This document shows, piece by piece, positions 27,054 through 36,475 of a DNA stretch of 64,000 bases. Positions within the stretch are counted from its first letter, which is position 1, and each line of letters opens with the position of its first letter. The DNA is taken from positions 562,550-626,549 of the forward strand of contig CAWDJG010000007.1 in NCBI GenBank assembly GCA_963802685.1, written 5' to 3'. Position numbers and translations under genes: made by a program. The notes under the pieces are model-generated. The model was not told the DNA's origin and did no database searches. It saw only the letters and a program-made list of their open reading frames with translations. The stretch is from an uncultured Actinomycetes bacterium. GTDB taxonomy: Bacteria; Actinomycetota; Thermoleophilia; Gaiellales; Gaiellaceae.

Positions 27054-27830
27054 TCAGAACAGGTGCGGGCCGACGCCGCCGACGAGATAGCCGACCCCGG
27101 CGGAGAGGGCACCGACGACGAGCACCTGGAGGCCGCTCCGCACGAGGGCGAGCCGGGCGACCCGGCCCTTCAGCACCCCGAGCCCGAAGAGCGCGCAGCC
27201 GGTCGCGGCGAGCGAGAGCACGAGCGCGAGGTGCATGCTGAAGAAGAAGTACGGCCACAGCGGGACGAGGGCGGCGGCCGCGTAGGAGGCGCCGACGACG
27301 TACCCGTCGACCTTCGCCGTCTCGGTGTCGTGGAACGGCAGGCCGAGCTCCTTCTCGATCTTCGTCTTCACGAGCGACTCCACCGAGCGTCCGATCGCGA
27401 GGCTGGCGGTCTGGGCGTCGGCGGCCGACAGCCCCTCCTCCTCCAGGAGAACCTGGAGCTCGAGCCGCTCGAGGTCGGGGTGGTCGAGCGCCTCGGCGCG
27501 CTGGTCTGCGATCTCGCTTGCGATCAGTGCGTTCTCGGCGTGGCTCGACAGGTACGCGCCCGTCCCCATCGCGAGTGCGCCCGCGGCCGCCTCCGCCACC
27601 CCGCCGACGATGACCGCCGTCGCGCCGACGGTCGCGCCGGCCAGCCCGGTGACCACGCCGAGCGGCACGAGCAGCCCGTCCTGGAAGCCGAGCACGAGCT
27701 CGCGGATGCGCATCGACCGCGACAGCCGCGCCCGCTCGGAGAGCGTGTGATCGCGCAGCGCCGACTCGTCCCGCGGATGCCCGGCGGCATCGCGTCCAGC
27801 CGGAAGCAGGGCGGCACTCCGTCCACGCAC
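27054..27830 (-). CDS. VIT1/CCC1 family iron/manganese transporter
   Basis: 'IRELVLGFQDGLLVPLGVVTG', 'ALAMGTGAYLSS', C-terminal TM bundle. Intact, GTG start. Confidence 0.85.
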   Translation of the reverse strand: MRGRSAALLPAGRDAAGHPRDESALRDHTLSERARLSRSMRIRELVLGFQDGLLVPLGVVTGLAGATVGATAVIVGGVAEAAAGALAMGTGAYLSSHAENALIASEIADQRAEALDHPDLERLELQVLLEEEGLSAADAQTASLAIGRSVESLVKTKIEKELGLPFHDTETAKVDGYVVGASYAAAALVPLWPYFFFSMHLALVLSLAATGCALFGLGVLKGRVARLALVRSGLQVLVVGALSAGVGYLVGGVGPHLF

Positions 27831-27968
27831 CCCCCGAGCATTCTCGCCCGGCGGCAGAGGGGCATCAGCGGCCCGACCGATCCCGGATCAGGACAAAGCC
27901 ACACGATCGAGATTCTTTGGTTCTTCTCAGCATCGGCGCATCCGAATAGGAGAGAATCGCGGAGAACG

Positions 27969-29552
27969 ATGTTCCGGCGGCCCTGCGTACTCCTCCTCTC
28001 GATCCTCGTGCTCGTCGCGCTCGTCGTCGCGGTCCCGGCCGGGGCGAAGACGGTGCCCGGGTCGCCGCCGTTCCGCGTCGTCATCCTCGACCACATCACG
28101 GGTTGGCAGCTGCGCGACTTCGCGCGGCACGGCGCCGTCGGTCTGCTCGTCCCCGGCGCCGGCCCGTCGACGAACCGCCGCCAGGCGCTCGCACAGCTCG
28201 TGCGCGGACGGCAGATGAACGCGCACCTGGGCGGCGTACCGGAAGGCCCGCGGCTGCTGTCGACGACCGCGGCGACGGGAACGCCGAGTCGCGCGCGGAC
28301 GATCGTCGTCACGCTCCCGCCGAAGGGCGCGCCGATCGCGAACGACCACCGCTACTACGTCGCCGTCCTCGGCGGCGGCTTCCACGGGCTGCTCGTCTCG
28401 AAGACGACGAAGATCCCCGGGCTCGTCTCGGTCGTCGACATCGCACCGACGGCGCTCGGTCACCTACGTGGTTCGCTCACGTCGACGCCGTCGGCGCACG
28501 CGATCGGGACATTGCGCAACCTCAACGCGCAGATCCACGCGAACAACCGGCTGAAGCTCGCCGCACTCATCGTCATCGCGTGCTTCGCGCTCTTCCTCGC
28601 GGTCGTGCGTCCGCGCTCGGCGTTGACGATCGTTCCGGCCGCGCTGTTCACGAACGTCGTGCTCGGCGTGACCCACGTGACGAACGAGGTCACGATCATG
28701 GCGGCGATCGTCGTCGGGTCGGTCGCCGGCGGTCTCCTCCTCGAACGGCTGTGCCGGTCGGACTGGCATCTGCTCGGCCTCTTCCTCGTCGTCCTGTTCG
28801 GGCACGCGTATCTGCTCGTGCGTCATCCCGACTGGCTCGCGGTGACGCCGCTCGGGCCGACGCAGAACTCGCGCTTCTGGGGCATCGGCAACCAGCTCGA
28901 GACGCTGTTGCTCGCGCCGATCCTCGCCGGCGCCGCGATCGCCGCGCGCCGTCTCGGCGTGCTCGGGTTCACGCTGTTCGGCGTGCTCGGTCTCGTGCTC
29001 ATGACCGACAACCGGCTCGGCTCCGACGGCGGAGGCGCGATCGTGCTCGGCGTCGCGCTCGCATATCTCGGTGCGCGCACGTTCCGCTTCGGCGCGCGGG
29101 GCTTCGCGATCCTGCTCGCCGCGTCCGCTGCGCTCGTGCTCAAGATCGTGTCCTCGAACCTCGCCTCTGCGGGGCCGAACCATCTGCGCAGCGCATTCGG
29201 GCACGGACTGTGGGGCATCTGGGCTGTCATGCGCAACCGCGTGCCACTGTCGTACGTCCCCGCGCTCGAGAACTGGACCGTCGTCATGCCGCTCGCGGTC
29301 TGGTTCGTCGTGTCGTTCGCGGTCGCGATCTACGTCGCGCGGCGGCGACCGGCGCGCGACCTCGTCCTCACGCTCGGCGTCGCGACCGTCACGTCGCTCC
29401 TCGTCAACGACTCCGCGATGTACGTCCTCACCGGCGGAGTCGCGGTGGTCGGCTCGATCTTCCGCTTCGCGCCGGCGCCCGCGGTGCCGTTCTCGCTCCG
29501 CTCGCTCGTGGGGGTGCGGACGCCGGTCCCGGTTCGCAGCGAAGCCGAGTAG
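27969..29552 (+). CDS. hypothetical polytopic membrane protein (527 aa) with N-terminal extracytoplasmic domain
   Basis: The ATG at 27969 lies after GGAGAGAATCGCGGAG, within ORF 27063-29552. Signal-like 'MFRRPCVLLLSILVLVALVVAVPAGA', a ~170-aa soluble part, then about 10 hydrophobic spans. No family recognised. Confidence 0.65.
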   Translation: MFRRPCVLLLSILVLVALVVAVPAGAKTVPGSPPFRVVILDHITGWQLRDFARHGAVGLLVPGAGPSTNRRQALAQLVRGRQMNAHLGGVPEGPRLLSTTAATGTPSRARTIVVTLPPKGAPIANDHRYYVAVLGGGFHGLLVSKTTKIPGLVSVVDIAPTALGHLRGSLTSTPSAHAIGTLRNLNAQIHANNRLKLAALIVIACFALFLAVVRPRSALTIVPAALFTNVVLGVTHVTNEVTIMAAIVVGSVAGGLLLERLCRSDWHLLGLFLVVLFGHAYLLVRHPDWLAVTPLGPTQNSRFWGIGNQLETLLLAPILAGAAIAARRLGVLGFTLFGVLGLVLMTDNRLGSDGGGAIVLGVALAYLGARTFRFGARGFAILLAASAALVLKIVSSNLASAGPNHLRSAFGHGLWGIWAVMRNRVPLSYVPALENWTVVMPLAVWFVVSFAVAIYVARRRPARDLVLTLGVATVTSLLVNDSAMYVLTGGVAVVGSIFRFAPAPAVPFSLRSLVGVRTPVPVRSEAE

Positions 29553-29553
29553 C

Positions 29554-30108
29554 TCAGCTCGCGCGCTGTGCGCGCCGCTGCGCGAGCTCGCCGTTCGCCG
29601 TCGCCGCCTCGGCGGTGAGCGCCGCGTCGAGGTCGGCTGCGACCGGCAGCACCGTCGTCACCGGCGTCGCGCAAAACGGGCATGCCTGCCAGAGCGGGTC
29701 GAGCGGCGCTTCGCAGCGCTGGCACGGCTCGCGGAGGCGCGTCGTGCAGACCGGGCATACGAGATAGCCGGCCTCCACGTCGCTCATGCACACCGGGCAG
29801 TGCGGCTCCGGGCGGCCCAGCCGGTCGCGAAGCGCGCGTACCTCGATCTCCCGCGCACGCGCATCCGCGAGCGTCTCCGGCGGCCGGAAGAGCATGTAGA
29901 CGACCGGGCCGACGTACGGAAGGCCGAAGCCGAGCGCGCCCGAGAGGCCGACGAGCAGGCCGTCGTCGATCCGCCGGCGGGCGTCGCGGAGCACCCGGAA
30001 CCCGAGCCCGAGCCAGAGTACGGCTGCGAAGAGCGCAAGGACGGTGCCGGTGGCCGCGAAGGCGGAGGAGTGGAGCGCGCTGTGGATCGAGCCGAACGCG
30101 GATGCCAT
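29554..30108 (-). CDS. membrane protein with C-terminal double zinc-ribbon
   Basis: Two N-terminal TM spans, then 'HCPVCMSDVEAGYLVCPVCTTRLREPCQRCEAPLDPLWQACPFC'. Confidence 0.7.
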   Translation of the reverse strand: MASAFGSIHSALHSSAFAATGTVLALFAAVLWLGLGFRVLRDARRRIDDGLLVGLSGALGFGLPYVGPVVYMLFRPPETLADARAREIEVRALRDRLGRPEPHCPVCMSDVEAGYLVCPVCTTRLREPCQRCEAPLDPLWQACPFCATPVTTVLPVAADLDAALTAEAATANGELAQRRAQRAS

Positions 30109-30144
30109 GCGCGCACGGTCTTGCCCGAACCGGCGGCGCGGAAA

Positions 30145-30314
30145 CTAGAGGGTTGATGTGAAAGTCGGCCGCCGTCGGGGGCGCTCCAGGCCAAGCGGGG
30201 CAGTGCGGGCGGTCGCGGCGCGTAGCAGAGCTACGCGTCGTGGCCGAACGTGCTGATCCCGCGCAGCGCCTGGGGCGTCATCCGGCCCGGCCGAGTTTCA
30301 CATCAAGCCTCTAG
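30145..30314. mobile_element. 170-bp fold-back element with 19-bp terminal inverted repeats (MITE-like or structured intergenic repeat)
   Basis: CTAGAGGGTTGATGTGAAA (30145-30163) against TTTCACATCAAGCCTCTAG (30296-30314) matches 18/19. There is an imperfect internal palindrome and a central stem CGCGTAGC-aga-GCTACGCG. The ends are AT-rich relative to the surroundings, and CTAG lies at both tips. Confidence 0.4.
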
Positions 30315-30667
30315 CCGGGGGCGATCTGCTGGAGCCGCTCGGCGAGCTCGCGCACGGCGCCGGGGCGCTCGACGCCGGCGATCCGGAGCTTGCGGCCGTC
30401 GTGCAGCTCGACCACGAGGGTCGTGCGGTCGCCGATCCGCATGGCGGCCGTGCGGCCGATGTACGCGCTCGCGATCTCGGTCAGGTCGAACAGGCGGTCG
30501 TAGGCCGCGTCGCGGGAGCCGCCGCTGAGGTGGAGGGACGACGCCGACAGGTCGAGCCGGCCCGGCCGCGCCGCGTCGTCCTGCTCCGACCACATGACCG
30601 GCAGTGAGAGGTCCCAGCCCATCGGGCCAGTGTTCTGGCCGGTCCCGGGCGATCTAACCGCAAACAC
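30311..30667 (-). CDS. hypothetical protein (118 aa)
   Basis: ORF with coding-like composition. The start is uncertain (GTG 30667 or ATG 30622). No family recognised. Confidence 0.45.
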   Translation of the reverse strand: MFAVRSPGTGQNTGPMGWDLSLPVMWSEQDDAARPGRLDLSASSLHLSGGSRDAAYDRLFDLTEIASAYIGRTAAMRIGDRTTLVVELHDGRKLRIAGVERPGAVRELAERLQQIAPG

Positions 30668-30697
30668 CCCTACGCCAAGTGCGGGAAACTACGGGTA

Positions 30698-31156
30698 GTG
30701 GAAGCCGCGCTCCGTGTCCTGCACGTTCTCGCCGCGGCCGTCTGGGTCGGCGGGACGGTCGCGCTCGTCTTCGTCGCCGTGCCGCCGGTGCAGCGGCTCG
30801 AGGGCGAGATCCGCGCGCGCCTCCTCCGCGACTTCGGCCGGCGGTGGCGGCCGATCGGCTGGAGCGCCCTCGGCGTCGCCGCCCTCACCGGCCTCGGGCT
30901 CGCCGCGTACGACCACGCCTTCGACACGGCACCCGCGTCGTTCGACTGGGTGCTCGCCGTGAAGGGCGTGCTCGTCGGCCTGCTCGCCGCCGGCGCCTAC
31001 GTCCACGACTACGTGCTCGGCCCGGGTCTCGCGCGGCAGATCCGCGAGGGCCGGCCGCAGTCGCTCAGGCCGCTGCTGACGCACATCGGCCGCGCGAATC
31101 TCGCGATCACGTGCGCGCTCCCGGTGCTGGGCGTCGTTCTCTCCGAGCTCGGGTAG
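30698..31156 (+). CDS. CopD-like / DUF4149-like four-TM membrane protein
   Basis: 'LRVLHVLAAAVWVGGTVALVFVAVP'. Four hydrophobic spans, 152 aa. Confidence 0.55.
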   Translation: MEAALRVLHVLAAAVWVGGTVALVFVAVPPVQRLEGEIRARLLRDFGRRWRPIGWSALGVAALTGLGLAAYDHAFDTAPASFDWVLAVKGVLVGLLAAGAYVHDYVLGPGLARQIREGRPQSLRPLLTHIGRANLAITCALPVLGVVLSELG

Positions 31157-31193
31157 CCGTTTCGCGCGCACGCGCGCGCGCAAGAACGAGTTC

Positions 31194-33224
31194 GTGCCGA
31201 ACCGGAGCCGTGTCGAGCAGGACCTCGCGGTGCTGCTCCTCGTCCGCCGGTCGCGGCTGCGCCGCGCGCGCCGCCGGCCCATCGCCGTCGGGCTCGTGGC
31301 GGCCGCGCTCGTCGTCGTCGCGCTCGTCGCCGGTGCCGCCGTCGGCGGGCGCTCCCTGCTCGTCGGATCGTGCACCCTGAACGCCCTGCAGCCGGTCGCG
31401 CTCGGGCAGAACTCCTTCCTGTACGCGAAGAACGGCACGCTTCTCGGCGTCGTGCCGTCGAGCGCGCACCGGCAGCCGCTGCGGCTCGACCAGATGTCGT
31501 CGTACCTGCCGCAGGCGACGGTTGCGATCGAAGACCGCCGGTTCTGGCAGCACGGCGCGCTCGACTACCAAGGCATCGTGCGTGCGCTCTACTCGGACGT
31601 GACCGCGGGCAAGATCGTCGAGGGCGGCTCGACGATCACGCAGGAGCTCGCCCGCAACCTCTATCTCGGCGACTCGCAGCGCACGCTCTCGCGCAAGGTG
31701 AAGGAGGCCTGCCTCGCGCTCAAGCTCGCGCAGAGCTGGCCGAAGAAGCGCATCCTCACGGCGTACCTCAACGAGGTGTTCTACGGCCGGGCGGCGCACG
31801 GCGCGCAGGCCGGCGCGGAGACGTTCTTCTCGCGTCGCGCTCGCGACCTCACGCTCGCGCAGGCGGCGCTCCTCGCGGGGCTGCCGCAGGCGCCGACCGT
31901 CTACGACCCGTTCCTCCATCCCGCGATCGCGCTTCGCCGGCGCGACGACGTGCTGCGCGCGATGCTCGCGAATCGCGTGATCACGACGCAGGAGTACGCG
32001 AGCGCACTGTCGGCGCCGCTAGGCCTGAAGCCGGGGACGCTCTACACCGCGCACCGACAGCCGAACTTCTCCGGCTGGGCCGAGCAGCAGCTCGTCGCGC
32101 GCTTCGGCGCGCGTCGTGTCGCCGCGGGCGGGCTCGCGGTGCGGACGACGCTCGACCCGGGGATGGAGGGCCAGGCGAGGGCCGCGGTGCAGAGCGTGCT
32201 GCAGCGTCCATCCGATCCGGCGGCGGCTCTCGTCGCCATCGACCCGCGCACGGGCGCGGTCCGCGCGATGGTCAGCTACCTGCCCGACGGGCGCAAGCTG
32301 ACGTTCAACCTCGCGACGCAGAGCACGCGCACGGCCGGAAGCTCGTTCAAGCCGTTCGTCCTCGCGACCGCGATCCTGCACGGCATCTCGCTCTACTCGA
32401 GCTTCTCGGGCCCGCCGTCGCTCGTCATCCCCGACCACCGCTGCGACGGTCCGCAAGGCCCGTGGGACGTGCACAACTACGCGGACGAGAACGGCGGCTA
32501 CATGAACCTGCTGAATGCGACCGCGAACTCGGTGAACACGATCTTCGCGCAGCTCGTCGCGCGCGTCGGCCCGGCGAGCGTCGTGCCGGTCGCGCACCGC
32601 ATGGGCATCACGACGAAGCTGCAGCCGGTCTGCTCGATCACGCTCGGCACGCAGCCCGTCAACCCGCTCGAGATGACCGACGCGTACGCGACGCTCGCCG
32701 CGCACGGGTTGCACCACGATCCGCAGCCGTTCGAGCTCGTCCGCGCGCCGAGCGGGCAGGTGCTCGGCCGGCTGGGCGCGTCCGGCGACCAGGCGCTCCC
32801 GCGCGGCGTCGCCGACCAGGTCACGTACGCGCTCGAGGGCGTCGTGCAGCACGGCACGGGCGTCGCTGCGAACTTCGGCCGGCCCGCCGCGGGGAAGACG
32901 GGCACGGCCGAGTCATTCCAGGACGCGTGGTTCTGCGGGTACGTGCCGCAGCTCGCGACGTGTGTGTGGGTCGGCTACCCGAAGGCGGAGATCCCGCTCT
33001 ACGGCGTCGAAGGCGTCGGCGCCGTCGCGGGCGGCACGCTGCCGGCGGAGATCTGGCACCGCTTCATGGCCGCGGCGACGGCGAGCATGCCTGTCCTCTC
33101 GTTCCCCACACCGACGATCACCGGCTCGACCGTCTACGGCTCCGGGTACTACACCCCGACGACGACACCGTCGGTCATCGACGTGTCCCCGACTCCGGTC
33201 CGGCCGGCGCCCGGCGGGCATTGA
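31194..33224 (+). CDS. class A penicillin-binding protein (glycosyltransferase + transpeptidase)
   Basis: 'AIEDRRFWQHGALDYQGI', 'GGSTITQELARN', 'RKVKEA', 'SSFKPF', 'KTGT'. N-terminal TM span. Confidence 0.9.
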   Translation: MPNRSRVEQDLAVLLLVRRSRLRRARRRPIAVGLVAAALVVVALVAGAAVGGRSLLVGSCTLNALQPVALGQNSFLYAKNGTLLGVVPSSAHRQPLRLDQMSSYLPQATVAIEDRRFWQHGALDYQGIVRALYSDVTAGKIVEGGSTITQELARNLYLGDSQRTLSRKVKEACLALKLAQSWPKKRILTAYLNEVFYGRAAHGAQAGAETFFSRRARDLTLAQAALLAGLPQAPTVYDPFLHPAIALRRRDDVLRAMLANRVITTQEYASALSAPLGLKPGTLYTAHRQPNFSGWAEQQLVARFGARRVAAGGLAVRTTLDPGMEGQARAAVQSVLQRPSDPAAALVAIDPRTGAVRAMVSYLPDGRKLTFNLATQSTRTAGSSFKPFVLATAILHGISLYSSFSGPPSLVIPDHRCDGPQGPWDVHNYADENGGYMNLLNATANSVNTIFAQLVARVGPASVVPVAHRMGITTKLQPVCSITLGTQPVNPLEMTDAYATLAAHGLHHDPQPFELVRAPSGQVLGRLGASGDQALPRGVADQVTYALEGVVQHGTGVAANFGRPAAGKTGTAESFQDAWFCGYVPQLATCVWVGYPKAEIPLYGVEGVGAVAGGTLPAEIWHRFMAAATASMPVLSFPTPTITGSTVYGSGYYTPTTTPSVIDVSPTPVRPAPGGH

Positions 33225-34670
33225 CGCCGAGGGCTCTCGGACACGTAGACGACCGGCTCGGCGACGCGATCGAACGGGTCGTGCGCAATCACCATCGCCG
33301 GCGTCTGGCGCGCATCGGGCAGGAGTGCGCCTTCTCACGCGAGCCGGGTGGCTGGGCGGACAGCGGCGCGTTCCGGCCCCGCGAGGGCGTTGCCGTGGAG
33401 CTGCTCGTCGACGGCGCGGAAGCGCTGCCGCGCATCGCGTCGGAGATCGAGTCGGCGCGCTCGCACGTGCACATCGCCGGCTGGACGTTCACGCCGGGTC
33501 TGCAGCTCGGCGACGGCGGCCGGATTCTCGGCGAGCTGCTCGCCGACAGCCGCCGGGCGCGTGCCGGTCCGCGTGCTCGCGTGGGCCGGTGCGCCCATCG
33601 CGCTCTTCCATCCCGACCGCGGCGAGGTGCGCCGGATGCGCGCCGAGCTCGTCGCCGGCTCCCGCATCGAGGCTCGGCTCGACGCGAAGGAGCGGCCGAT
33701 GCACTGCCACCACGAGAAGCTCGTGATCGTCGACGACCGCGTCGCCTTCGTCGGCGGCATCGACCTCACGTCGTTCGCCGGCCAGCGACTCGACCACAGC
33801 CATCACCGCCCGCGCGGGAGCATGGGCTGGCATGACGCCTGCGTGCGGCTCGAGGGCCCGATCGTCTCCGATGTCGCCGAGCACTTCCGGCTGCGCTGGC
33901 GCGAGACGGGCGGCGCGGCGGACGGCACGCCGCACGGTGGCGCGTCCCGTGGCTCCGGCGTCGAGGCGCAGCTCGTGCGCACCGTGCCCGAGCACATCTA
34001 CGACGGCTTGCCGAAGGGCGAGTTCACGATCCTCGAGAGCTATCTGCGCGCGCTGCGCGAGGCGGAGCGGCTCGTGTACCTCGAAAGCCAGTTCCTCTGG
34101 TCGAGCGAGGTCGTGTCGATCCTCGCGGAGAAGCTTCGCCGGCCCCCGACGGACGCGTTCCGTCTCGTCGTCCTCCTGCCGGTGCGCCCGAACAACGGCG
34201 CCGACGACACGCGGGGCCAGCTCGGCGTGCTCGTCGAGGCGGACAAGGAGAGCGGCGACCCGACGTCGCGCTTCCTCGCGTGCACGCTCTACCAACCCGG
34301 CCGCGGCGGCCTGCCCGTGTACGTCCACGCGAAGATCGGCATCGTCGACGACCGCTGGCTCACGATCGGGTCGGCGAACCTCAACGAGCACTCGTTCTTC
34401 AACGACACCGAGGTGAACGTCGTCGTGCGCGACGAGAAGCTCGCGCGCGCGGCGCGGCTACGGCTCTGGTCGGAGCACCTCGAGCGCGACGACGTCGGCG
34501 GAGATCCGACGCAGCTCGTCGACGAGGTGTGGCGGCCGCTCGCGGAGGAGCAGCTCGAGCGAAGACGGAAGGACAAGTGGGCGCCGCACCGGTTAACGCT
34601 GCTCCCCAACGTGTCGCGTCGCTCGAAAGCAATTTGGGGGCCGTTGAACGGTTTGGTCGTAGATGGCTAG
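33221..34670 (+). pseudogene. phospholipase D / cardiolipin-synthase-like protein (two HKD motifs), one frameshift (~33549)
   Basis: The N-terminus is in the frame of ORF 31370 ('VELLVDGAEALPRIASEIESARSHVHIAGWTF'). The rest is in ORF 33348 ('HCHHEKLVIVDDRVAFVGGIDL', 'VHAKIGIVDDRWLTIGSANLN'). A possible TTG start overlaps the PBP stop. Confidence 0.75.
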
Positions 34671-34693
34671 AAGACAACGACGACCCGGGCCGA

Positions 34694-34872
34694 CGCTAAC
34701 GCGAAGCGTTAGTGGCGGCCGCACGAGCGCGCGGGGATGGCGGTAGCCACCACCGCGCGCGCAGAACTAGACCCGCGCCGACACCCATAAGAGGTCGGCG
34801 GCTTGGCCGCCGACCGCTCCGCGAAGCGGTAACTCAACTCATTTCAGATGGCCCAAAGGCCATCTGAAATGA
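34694..34872. repeat. cluster of five stem-loops between convergent genes (candidate bidirectional terminators or REP-like elements)
   Basis: CTAACGC-gaa-GCGTTAG (34696-34712). GCGCGCGG...CCGCGCGC (34727-34760). GGTCGGCGGC-ttg-GCCGCCGACC (34793-34815). ACCGCT...AGCGGT (34813-34830). TCATTTCAGATGGCC-caaa-GGCCATCTGAAATGA (34839-34872). Confidence 0.5.
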
Positions 34873-36090
34873 CAGGGATGCGCTTGCCCTTCGCGTTCAC
34901 GCCGGTCGCTTCGAAGTCCGGGCTGCCGATCATGACGTCGAGGTGCACCGGTGACTGGTTGAGGCCGCGCGCGGGCTTGATCGTGCGCGTGCCGCCGAAG
35001 CCGGAGCCGAACGCGATGTGCGCGGCGGCGTTCTCGTCGAGGAGCGTGTCGTAAGTACATGCGGCCGCTCTGCCCGATGCGCGACGTCGAGTCGACGAGC
35101 GCCACTTCGCCGAGCCGGCGCCCGTTCCCCTTCGGGTCGCTGTCGATGTACCCGGCGACGAAGTCGCGGTCGGATTTCGTCTTCGCATCGAGGCGCACGA
35201 GCTTCCCGCCGCGGAACTCGCCTTTCAGCCCCTCGACGAGCCGTCCCTGGAACGATGAGCGGGAACGTGCACGTGAACGTGCCCTCGGTGCCGGTCGCGT
35301 CCGGGCTCGTGAACGTCTCCTCGGTCGGCATGTTCGCGGCGATGAGCGAGCCGTGGAGCGTCTTCTCGCTTCCGCCGAGCCACGCGGTCCCCGGGACGAG
35401 CTTCACGTCGAGCGCGGTGCCCGGCCCGCGCAGCTCGACACGGGTGAGCCCGAGGGTCGTGAGCTTCTTCGCGCGCCGTGCGAGCGCGGTGCCGTGCGCG
35501 AGCCAGCCGCTCACGCCCGGCCCGTCCTCGTCGGTGAGGCGCGAGAACCACATCAGATCCTGCGCGAGCTTGCGCTTCGCCTTCAGGATCGACATCCGCG
35601 GGTAGACCTGGCCGGCCCAGTAGTCGGTCGGCCAGCCGGCGATCGTCCAGCGCACGCGCATGTCGAGGCTCGCACGCCGGAACGCGCGCAGCTGCCGTCC
35701 CGCCCGCGCGTACTCGGTCATGATCCGCTTCTGCGGGATGCCGTCGAGGAAGCCCGGTTCGCTCTCGCCGCTGATGAAGATCTCCGCCGCGTCCGGCTTC
35801 ATGAGCTCGCGGTAGCGCCGCTGCGTCCATGGCGTGATGACGCCGAGCGCGTCATCGCGCCCATGCCGGAGCCGCGCGCGCATGACCAGCGGGTCGATCG
35901 TGACGACGTCCACCGCGTGCGCGCCGCCGCGGTACGCGGACTCGGCGACGGCGACCATGACCTCGCGGTGCGCGTGCGCGCCGCGGACGACGATCGTGTC
36001 GCCGCGCTTCAGCGCGATCGACTTCGTGATCGCGTCGGCGTACCGCTCGAGCTGGGCCGGCTCGAGAATCGCGTCCTTCGCCACGCTCAC
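34844..36090 (-). pseudogene. M29 family aminopeptidase (AmpS/PepS-like), two frameshifts (~35253, ~35054)
   Basis: The GTG at 36090 overlaps the STAS stop (GTGA). 'AILEPAQLERYADAITK' is in ORF 34930-36312. 'FQGRLVEGLKGEFRGGKLVRLDAK...' is in ORF 34839-35198. 'YDTLLDENAAAHIAFG...VHLDVMIG' is in ORF 34844-35188. Confidence 0.8.
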
Positions 36091-36458
36091 GAGGCTAGCG
36101 CTTCGTCGACGGACGCGTGGATGTTGAAGTGGCGGTCGAGGCCGGAGATCTCGAGCGCTCGCCGCGTCTCGGGCCCGGGCGCGGCGAGGAGGAAGCTCTG
36201 CCGGTCGGCGAGGCGGCTGCGCGCCTCGATGAAGACGCCGAGCGCGGTCGAGTCGACGAAGCCGACGTCCGTGAGGTCGACGACGAGCCGCGGCGGCTCC
36301 TCGGCGCAGCACGCGAGCAGCGTCTCGCGCACGACGTGCGCGTTGTAGAGGTCCAGCTCTCCCGTGAGGTGCACGACGACCGCGCCGTCGCTGCGGTCGA
36401 CGGCCCTGACCGGCGGCTCACGCCCTTCTCCGACCCCCTCGGACACGCCGAGATTCAA
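36087..36458 (-). CDS. STAS-domain anti-sigma-factor antagonist
   Basis: 'VVHLTGELDLYNAHVVRETL', 'LVVDLTDVGFVDSTALGVF'. The start (TTG 36458 or a downstream GTG) is uncertain. Confidence 0.85.
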   Translation of the reverse strand: MNLGVSEGVGEGREPPVRAVDRSDGAVVVHLTGELDLYNAHVVRETLLACCAEEPPRLVVDLTDVGFVDSTALGVFIEARSRLADRQSFLLAAPGPETRRALEISGLDRHFNIHASVDEALAS

Positions 36459-36475
36459 CCATCAACGCGATTCGT

